DNA from: Octopus vulgaris
Lineage: Eukaryota
Reading direction: 5' to 3'
Assembly (NCBI GenBank): GCA_951406725.2
Contig: OX597815.1
Span: 154,442,001 to 154,506,000 of the forward strand
DNA: 64,000 bases
Positions 55,034 through 64,000 of this stretch are shown piece after piece. The notes below the pieces were generated by a model. The model did not search any database, was not told the DNA's origin, and saw only the letters and a list, made by a program, of their open reading frames with translations. The translations under genes and the position numbers were made by a program. Positions within the stretch are counted from its first letter, which is position 1; each line of letters starts with the position of its first letter.

Positions 55034-56720
55034 CAGTTGCGGCCAAAATGTTCAGAACGGCATTGTTTTCGTCAGAAAAGTAGGTATAAGTTTTTTTAAA
55101 GTTGTTTTATATTCTATAATTTTCACAGACAATAAATACAATATTATTTGTTATTGTCTAAGATTTTGGTGTAATTTGAGAGATAATAAAAGAGTTATGG
55201 ATGATTTAGTGATTTACTGCAAAACCCATGGCGGCCAAAATTATCAGAACGGTTGCTTTTTACTCCGTGTTTTAGTATATTTAACCTTGGAACTCTAATG
55301 TTTTGAATTTGTTTACGTGACAGTTCGTTTACTAAACATTAGTAAGAATATCTGCAGAGTACCTTGTTAATATAATGCCACTTGCCCCGTTACCAATTCT
55401 TCAGCAGATTATTAAGCTTCGAAAGAAGGATAATTTAAGTATCAGATCTATTGCAAAGATTCTTAACAAGTCAAAAAGTGTTGTTCATGGTATTCTTAAG
55501 GTCTACAATGATTGTGGTTCGTGTGAAGCAAGAAAGTCTACAGGTAGGCCAAGAAAAACGACCAAGAGAGAAGATCGTGCTATGTTAAAGTTGGTTAAAA
55601 AGGACAGATTTAAAACTGCTGCTGCTGTTTTTCGGGAGATGAGCTTTGTACTGAAGAAAACTTTATCTCGAAAAACTGTGTCTCGTCGTTTCGTTTAACA
55701 TGACCTACAAGCAAGAGCACCTGCAGTGAAGCCACTGATCAACTCCAAGAATAAAAAGTGTCGTCTTACCTTTGCAACCGAACATGTGTTGTGGTCTCAA
55801 GAAAAATGGCAAATGGTGCATTTCAGTGATGAATCTAAGTCTATGTTATTTGGCTCAGATGGGAAAAGGTACGTTCGTCGAAAAGCAGGTGAAAAATTGT
55901 CACCTAAATGCCTTAAGACTAGTGTTAAATTCGGTGGCGGAGGTGTCATGGTTTGAGGGATGATATCTGGAGATGTTGTGGGTCCTTTGCTGCGATTACA
56001 TGTAAATGTAAATATAGGAGTTTATAAACAACTTGTAAAAGATCATGTCTTGCCTGTGCTGAGAAATTCAACTTAGCGACCACCCATATTCATACAGGAC
56101 AGTGCCCTTTGTCACAAGGCTAAGGTGGTCATGAACTTCCTCAAGGCTGAAAAGGTTATTGTTATGGATTGGCCTGCTCAAAGCCCAGACCTCAATCCTA
56201 TTGAAAATGTGTGGAATATTCTGGGAGAACGTTTGAAAGCCAGAAATCCTAAAACAACCGAGCAATTATGGAATGCCCTTCAGGAAGAATGGAATAAGAT
56301 CACCCAGCAAGAAATTGAAAATTTAATTTCCCCATGCAGTCAAAAATGTCAAACTTTGATTGAAGCTAAAGGGCTTCACACTAAATATTAAATAATTCCA
56401 GCACTCTCTGTCACTTTTTGATTATTTTGTTATTTTTTCAACCGTTCTGATAATTTTGGTTTGATTTTGTGGTGGCCTTTTGCTTAAAATAAGTGATTAG
56501 TCATGTTTTTTTAGTTTTTCACTTTGTTTCATGATTGGCAAATTTCTTTTGTTGATGTTTAAAATGTTTTGGTTATGCGGATTGTGTGCTACTAGAAATG
56601 GTATTGTCTTCTGTTGATTGGTTCGTCTTTCTCATGTTGCCCTAAGTTATTCTATAGGTATCTCTTTTACTCGTTGCATGCTATTTTCTGTAAGTAATAT
56701 CCAAACCTGTTCTGAACGGA
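55034..56720 (+). mobile_element. Tc1-family transposon with IR/DR-type ends, transposase broken by stops
   Basis: Starts TA|CAGTTGCGGCCAAAATGTTCAGAACGG. Inner direct repeat GCGGCCAAAATTATCAGAACGG at about 55230 with its inverse at about 56442. Transposase motifs GRPRKTT, VHFSDESK, VKFGGGGVMV, QDSALCH, WPAQSPDLNPIENVW. Right outer end degraded. Confidence 0.9.
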
Positions 56721-56764
56721 AATGATAACAATAATATAACGACCAGTTAATGATGTGGATTAAA

Positions 56765-57250
56765 AAGATATCTTTAACATATGAAAATAAACAAATTACA
56801 GAAGACTCCCACAAACTGAAATAAAAGCGATCGAAACCAACTAAGTTTGCTCACTCATAAAAACCATTACATGTAAACCTCAAGACAACTGATTAAAATA
56901 AAGGCGGGATCTACGCCAGTAATATCGTTACGCCCGGTATACCGTAACATTTAAGCTGCATGTGGATTGATCAAAACCATATTCCACAAATTCAGCATGT
57001 TAGAGCCTTCTAAGAGGTACAAAAATGAAGAATTCAGTTATTCTACTACAGTTGCCAAGAACTCAATTGTTAGTTTAATACAGTTTGAAATCTGATGATT
57101 ACTACGAACGTATGTAAGATCTAATTGAACTTTATGAACATTACAAAATATTTCTTTAATGTTTAACACACCTCAACATTGTAAAAAAACTATATACGTT
57201 TTCAAAATACCATAATAAAAGACGTGAAAACCAGACCATGTTTTAACTTT
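56765..57250 (+). mobile_element. Solo terminal repeat of the PLE family at 62853-64000
   Basis: Aligns with 63625-64000 (GAAGACTCCCAC, GCTCACTCATAAAA.CCATTACAT, CAAGAACTCAA); decayed hammerhead CUGAUGA at 57092-57098. Confidence 0.8.
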
Positions 57251-57264
57251 AACTACACACACAC

Positions 57265-57319
<55 letters not shown>

Positions 57320-57728
57320 GGTGCAATTGTAGGATTAAGTCAAAATGCCCGGCACCTGGTCTGTGTGGGGTCCATAACGTAATCTATAAATGTACCCTAA
57401 CTACTGAGAATAGCGAATTTTTTATTTGGGTTGTACTATAAAATTTAAACAAAGAGTTAGCAACCATATCTCCTCATTTAAGTTACGTCATAAAGCTGGT
57501 TGCACCACACTTTCAAGTAAGGTCTGGGAACTCAAAAATAATAATATTAAATATAACCTTAATTGGGAAATAGTTAGAAGAGCGATGCCTTATAGAAATA
57601 ACAGGGTAGGTTGCCAACTCTGCTCCATAGAGACATATGAAATTTTAAATCATAGAAAAAATGAAAATTTGTTAAATAACCGTATCGAATTAGGATTATC
57701 TTGTATTCACTCAAAAATTCACTCTTAA
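57320..57728 (+). pseudogene. GIY-YIG endonuclease fragment of a second PLE type, 5'-truncated at a CA/TA microsatellite
   Basis: CNCRIKSKCPAPGLC...NVIYKC...(frameshift in T run)...YLGCTIKFKQRVSNHISSF...TTLSSKVWELK...WEIV...CQLCSIETYEI...LLNNRIE...CIH. Confidence 0.8.
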
Positions 57729-58439
57729 ATATTTTAAATAAATCGTATAGAATAATCGTATAGAGCTAGGTTTATCTTGTATTTACCAAAAAAGCAAAAC
57801 TCTAATATATTTTAAATAGATATCTGTGAGCTCTTCCACCGGTGTTCTTTCTTTCTAACTGTACCTGTTTAGAACACAAAAAACCAATTAGTATTTGTAT
57901 GTTGCCAAATTTTAATTGACTATATAGTCAATTTAATTAACCTAACTTAATTCAAATAAATTGCTAATACTTCCTAATTCTATTCTAAGTTTAATAGGTA
58001 ATGCTACTTCCTTAATAGTAATTTAAAGAATTTTCACTATAATTTTCACTATATTTTTGAATAAGCAATACTCTCACACCATTTACTATAGAAATTAATT
58101 GACCTCTACGTATAGACCTAAAGTCTGTCTTACAATTTATAAACATTTGTATAAATAGAAACAATAATAAATAAATAAATAAATAACTTCCTGTTCTAGT
58201 GTTGCACTTAAATTTCTTAATGTATCTTCCTCTACTGATAGCCTTTGACCCCCTCAATTCTTTCCTTTGTTCTCTTTATATTCTTTATCCCACCATTAAC
58301 TTTGTAGGAGTGGCAGTTAATAGCTGTCTGATGGTCAAAAATAATTTTCTCTTATAAATTCCTAAATTCCTGCAACACTGACCTTGATTTTCTGTCACCA
58401 CATAAATAAACTTAACTTTGTAGGTTGTATACTTACACC

Positions 58440-60980
58440 CCCTTTCTCCCATTATGTCCTTATTTGGGCGGTTTCTGCTTCACTGACTTCTTTTGCGACT
58501 TCTTTTAGCCACTACAGCCAATCTCTTCTTCCAGCAACGTAGTTTTCTGAAACGAATAGATGTGTGATCAACATCTTCTCCTCATATATCAGGAAATTAC
58601 ATCTGCTTTATTATGGATGGTGAGCTAAATAATGAATTTTCTCGGTTTCTTCTTTTAGGATTTCTTCAATAATTTCTTCGCGAATTTGATTTTCAAAGAA
58701 TTTATCATAATCCTTGGATAATTTTTGATCTGCTGTTAGTCCTTGAGAAAGCTGTTTCAAACGACTGGTAGCCAATACTCGACTAGTAGGTAGTCTCGGG
58801 TGGGGATGTTTCCGGGAAAATTGAACTTGATATCTACATTTATTTCCACTGAAACGAATAGTTTAATTGAATTGATCAATGGCACAATCGTTATCAGATA
58901 GTTCCGGCTTGTCCATGATGTCCAACGTTTCCAGCTTCCACAAGTTCTACAACTCGATGTTAAAATTGTCCTCGCTATTTGAGCATTTCCTTTCTGTAAT
59001 TCTGTTTCCAAAAAGGTGTTGCAAGGATCTTGTCTGTTGAAATCACTCTAGCGGCAGCTTCCTAATGCAGTGCCAAAAATGGTTGGGAAAACAATCACTT
59101 TTGAGGTTGTAGATATCAACTTCTTGACTTGTTTTTCTTCTAAAATGTCAACAAGATAGTCAGCTACAATCAACACTTCTGGCACATCTGTCCTTGCCGA
59201 TGACAGACTAATCTGTCATCGTAACTCTCTTTTATCTTCTGTAAGAATGACGGGTCTGTCCAGAACACTCGCATTGAGAGTAAGGTTCCGGCCATTCTTA
59301 GCGTGTAGATAGATATTGGTACCGGTGGCACTGTGATCTTTTTTCTGTAAGAGAATGTTTACCTCTAGATAACCAACGCTCTTTGATGAGAGTTGAAATT
59401 GTTTTCTCAGTCTTTCGGTAATAAAACTCTTTGGACTAATGGCACCCGGTATTGCTTGTGTGAGTAATTTTCTCGTCATGCCATTTGGATTACTTGTTAT
59501 TACCGGCACGGTTGTTATATGTAGGCAATTAGAATCCGTATTCATTTTCAACGACACCACTGACCTTATCGGTTCCTTTCGGCTGTCTTTGGGGTTCAGT
59601 TCTGTTAATGATTCATCTTGTTGAATCGGGAAGGCAGTGGTTTTAGGTCAACGTTTTCTGCAGCGAGCTTTGTGTTTCTCTTTGAAATGCCAGCACACTT
59701 TTGGCATTCTTTCGCATAGTGTTGACTCGAAAGACATTTGAAACACAATACCTTCTCCCGAATAAGTCGCATACGGTCTTTGTATGTCCTGTAATTTTTA
59801 CATTCATCATTAAAATGTGTATGTTTGCAAAAGACGCACGGTGGTTTTGGGTTTCAAGGTGAACCGCTGGTTGATTATTTTGATTTTTGAAACAGCCTGT
59901 CATTCTTTTAGCCTTGTGTGTTAAAGTTATCTATTGAGCCTTTCCAGTTATCCTTTTTCCGTCTTGACGTTCCTTCGTAATTTTGAGAAGCAGTCGGAAC
60001 AAATTCGGAGATTGGAAGATCGTCCACAGTTGTGCCATCTGGCTTTACCTGTCCAACTTCAAGAACATAATTGGCTGGATACTTTTCAAGCACGATCATA
60101 TTCTAATCTGAGAGTAAAATGTCCATGCCGAGTGTTTGCAATTGTCTCAAAATCTTATTTTATCTGTTAATTGCTTTCCTGAGCAGTTCAGGATTTTTGT
60201 CGGTCGCTTGGATGTTTGTCAACTGCCTATGCAATTCGCGTTTAATAGTTGCATCTTGCCCGTAGCGTTCTTTCAAAAGTTCAATTGCGAGCTCCTAGGT
60301 TTTGTCCGTTATACTCAAACCGCCGATCGTTTATTTTGCTTCGCTCTTGATTAAACCATACAAATAACTGAACTTCAGAAATCGTGAACTGCTGATTTGA
60401 AAAGTGCCAAAAATGTTGGCCATTTGAGTTAGTCGCCTTTGAAAGTCGGTAGTCGTATGTCTGGTAGTCTTATAGGAGCCGCAGGAATTTTCATCGCTGC
60501 ATCTTGAACCAGACCTTATTGTCTTCGATTAGCGTAATCATTCGAACTTGGCATCTGTCTTGAGATGATTTTCCCAGATAAACTTCGAGTTAGTCGAGTT
60601 AGTAGGACAAGGGCATCGAGATGAATCTTTGTGTACCCATAGTCGCCTTCGAAAAATTCGGTTAGCTGCCTTTCTTCTTCAGCTGTTCTGTCCACTTCAC
60701 CTTTCTGTTCGAATTTCTCGACAACTTCTTCCAATTTTTCTTGTTGTTTCTCTATAAGTTCTATTGTCCTTTGGATATTTAGTATAAATTGCTTAATAGC
60801 TTGACGAACACAATCTTGTTTCTCAGTTGCAGAGATGATGGGTATTGGGGTGGTTATATGTTTTTGGAGTCGGAGAATAGCTGCTTTGATCAATCTTCTT
60901 ACGTTGACCGAGGAGGCCATTCTTGGATTTTATGAGGCCAACAGCATTCGGCCACCTCTATCTCCTTCGCCACCATCGTC
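58440..60980 (-). mobile_element. Decayed BEL/Pao LTR retrotransposon (gag to start of pol)
   Basis: Coiled-coil gag start (60516-60920), DUF1759-like IRLPDIRLPTFKGD*LKWPTFLALFKSAVH...KFSYLYGLIKSEA, Cys/His knuckles CVFCKHTHFNDEC and CFKCLSSQHYAKEC, and a HYLAHHP-like motif near 58610. LTRs not identified. Confidence 0.8.
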
Positions 60981-61966
60981 CTAACGTCAACATCTCTACG
61001 TAGACAACTCAACAAGCAACTCCCCAAGTTCCAACACTTCACTGTTAGTTAATTACTTCACTATGGATGAACAGCGAATATACAACCTGCGAGAACTCCT
61101 GTACCAATTAACCCAGGCAGCAGCATCACAGCCAGATCTTCACGTACGACATATACTGCAACCGGGTCAGCATCATGGCTGCAACTTCTTGATACAGTAT
61201 TTCAATTACCGTAAACAATTGACAACGAATTGGTATTCTCATTCTTGAGTCTATGAACATTCTTCTAACTTTTCATCATGGACACTTTCAATGACCTTTC
61301 CTTCATTGCTATTCTTATACGTAATTAACTCACACACACATATCCATGCCTACACATACATTCACGTTGTTCTCATGACGGCCTTTCTATTATTTTGTGT
61401 ACATGACGCACACACAGGCACACATGTTAACATATTAAATAAATCTTCTCTTAAACATTCTACTCGTCTCTCTTTTTCCCTCTAGCACATATATATATCA
61501 TTCATCTTATAATCATTGTAAGAGCTGTGTGATGTACGAAAGAGCAATTCTTGTCACCTTACATCGCACAGTCTCTTACAACGCAAGATATGCATTCTCT
61601 CTTCACTATTTTTATATAATACTTTAATTTTAAAGTAGGTGCTCCTTTTGAGTTACGTAACATAAAGGTACCTATTATTTTATTGTTTATATTAAACGTA
61701 CTTTACATATTTGTTTAGTTAAAAATAACACATGATGTCTGTAGCTTTCTTCTTTATTTCTAACACCTTCCATCTTGTAAAATTCTAGTGTATATTCTAT
61801 TCCAATTCGTAAATCATAGTTTCTGACAATCCTTTGCAGGTGAAAAGTGAATATGAAAATCTGCCATACACACGCGCACACGCACACACTGACTCACACA
61901 GACATACATGTGATGATTAATTCTTCAATTTAATTCTAAATTGTTCTATATATAGAAACAAGCATT

Positions 61967-62031
<65 letters not shown>

Positions 62032-62100
62032 TTATATATGTATATATGCATATATGTATATGTATGTATATATGTATATATATATATATATATATATTTC

Positions 62101-62290
62101 AAATGTGACGATAAAATTCTTTTCGAAAAAAAATATTTTCTCGAAGAAAATTTTATCAATGACCAGCATATTAAAAAGTACCTTTAACGGTTAAATTTAT
62201 GAACAATTCATAAATGAGGGCAAAGGAAAAAATTTCTAATGCCAAATATGCCGAAAATTTGGACATATTGTCCAGTAACCATATAATTAA
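62101..62290 (-). mobile_element. Terminal fragment of the 17519-18015 PLE-like family
   Basis: Reverse complement of the tail plus arm: CAGCATATTAAAAAGTACCTTTAA...AGGGCAAAGGAAAAAATTTCTAATGCCAAATATGCCGAAAAT. Confidence 0.75.
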
Positions 62291-62309
62291 ACATAGTAAA
62301 TAGGGTAAT

Positions 62310-62800
62310 AAAAGTAAATTATTATTACCAGTGACCTAGCACAAAAGATGAATTAGTCATTAGACTATACGTTATTAATATATAAATACATTAAAAGGTT
62401 TCCAAATAAAGAAGCGAGTGCTAGATACACAAAAAGGGGATAAATTCATGAAATGGAATGAAAATCAAAAACGTTTACCAACTCAGCTAATCCTGTACTG
62501 CAGTTTCATCTTTTCTTTTGCAAATGAATAGAATTTATCTGCCAAGGCCAGAATCATCAGCAAGAAGCCTTTGTAATCCGAGCTGTAGAAGCGCGTGCAA
62601 ATCTAACGATCTGTATATCCTAAGTTTTCAGACCAGTGCGCAGACGCAAAACATTCTATTCATTTGCTAAAAAAAAGATGAAACTGCAGTACAGGATTAG
62701 CTGAGTTGGTAAACATTTTTGATTTTCATTCCATTTCATGAATTTATCCCCTTTTTGTGTACCTAGCACTCGCTTCTTTATTTGGAAGAATTTTAATGTA
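62310..62800. mobile_element. Fold-back element (arms 62387-62534 and 62653-62800) ending in (TA)n, probably Penelope-like
   Basis: About 148-bp near-perfect inverted arms; minus-strand CUGAUGA at 62554-62560 followed by a hairpin and UAAA instead of GAAA. Confidence 0.6.
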
Positions 62801-62852
62801 TATATATATATATATATATATTCAGAATTTGTATAAATGTGCATCAGCTGAA

Positions 62853-64000
62853 TAAAGTTAAAATATGGTCTCGTTATCACGTTTTTTATTATTGTATTTT
62901 TAAAAGATTTTTTACAATGTTTAAGTATGCTAAACATTAAAAAAATATTTTTTTAATGTTCATAACGTTGAATTAGAGCTTTCATACGTTCATAGCAATC
63001 ATCAGATTTCAAAATCTATTTTAACTGACAGTTGAGTTCTTGACCACTTTAGTAAAATGACGGACGCCTTCATTTTTGTACGTCTTAGAAGGCTCCAACA
63101 AGCTGAATTTTTCGAGAAAGACTTGGACCAATCAGCATGCAGTTTAAACGTATCGGTTTGCAATGTGTACCGATATTACTAGCATAGATCCCGCCTGTAT
63201 TTTAGCCAATTAGCGGTTTACATGTAAATGGTTTTATGAGTGAGCAAACTTAGTTGGTCTCGATCGTTTTTATTGCAAGTGGTGGGAGTCTGCTGTAATT
63301 TGTTTATATTCCTATATTAAAGATATTTCTTAATCCACATGATTAACCGGTTGTTATTTTATTATTGTTATTTTCGTTCAGAACAGATTTGAATATTTTA
63401 ATAAAACGCTTTTCTTTTATCATTCTTCCAAACTCACTTGTGTAAAGTACCTTGTGGAAAGGAAAAATTGGAAATATTTTCTGACCACATGCTTCACTCA
63501 GTGGAATTCGGCGAACATCATTTTCCCAGATTCTTTGTCTGTGAACTTCTGAGCATTCTGATAATACATTCACTATCTCGCCAATATGTAGTTCTTCGCA
63601 ATTAGGGCATTTCGGGCATTTGAATATATTACATATGAATATAAACAAGTTACGAGTTACAGAAGACTCCCACCTATTCAAATAAAAACAATCGAACGAA
63701 GTTCGCTCACTCATAAAACCATTACATATAAGCCGCAAACTAGTTGGTTAAAATAAAGACGGAATATATGTCAGTAATACCGGTGCGCCTGGTAAACCGT
63801 GACGTTTAAGCTGCAGGCTGATTGTGCAAATCTGTATTCGAAAAATTCATCCTGTTGGGGCCCTCTAAAAGGTAAAAAATGAAGAAGTCAGCCATTTTAC
63901 TACAGTTGTCAAGAACTCAACTGTCAGTTGAATATATTTTGAAACCTGAAGATGACTACGAACGTATGAAAGCTCTAATGGAAGTTTATAAACATTACAA
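62853..64000 (-). mobile_element. Older 5'-truncated Penelope-like element with inverted terminal repeat, running off the window
   Basis: Central minus-strand CPNCEELHIGE...VHRQRIW...IPLSE...IFPFHKV...RMIKEKRFIKIFKSVLN (GIY-YIG C-terminal half). Diverged inverted arms about 62853-63330 and 63625-64000. Hammerhead-like cores at 62968-63012 (minus) and 63946-63975 (plus). Confidence 0.82.

Noticed and set aside
57729-58440. Hammerhead downstream of the 57.3-kb GIY-YIG fragment (CUGAUAG, CUGAUGG)
   Set aside because: No stem II followed by GAAA could be built.
60961-61600. Primer-binding site and 5' LTR of the BEL/Pao element
   Set aside because: A minus-strand TGGTGGCG is PBS-like, but no matching second LTR or clear TG...CA boundaries were found.

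Overview
AT-rich, microsatellite-dense animal genomic DNA, most likely a coleoid cephalopod such as Octopus (inferred from the SINE types and the (TA)n/(CA)n/(GA)n load, not proven). The only host coding sequence I can support is the first coding exon of a class A neuropeptide GPCR (SIFamide/NPFF-receptor-like; minus strand, 4234-4570). Its later exons probably lie left of the window. The rest is non-coding and crowded with transposon remains: tRNA-derived SINEs, CR1/L2-like and RTE LINEs, mariner, Tc1 and hAT-like DNA transposons, and a BEL/Pao retrotransposon. The most striking signal is about a dozen insertions of Penelope-like elements (PLEs) from different families, nearly all inside (TA)n tracts. 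Most form asymmetric fold-backs (arm, inverted arm, one-sided tail) from about 60 bp to 2.1 kb. Most also carry a minimal type I hammerhead ribozyme motif. The hammerhead cores covary at the essential 3-8 pair (C-G, U-A and G-C all occur), and in several copies the fold-back junction falls at or within the ribozyme. All alignments and folds were done by eye, so boundaries of degraded repeats are approximate.
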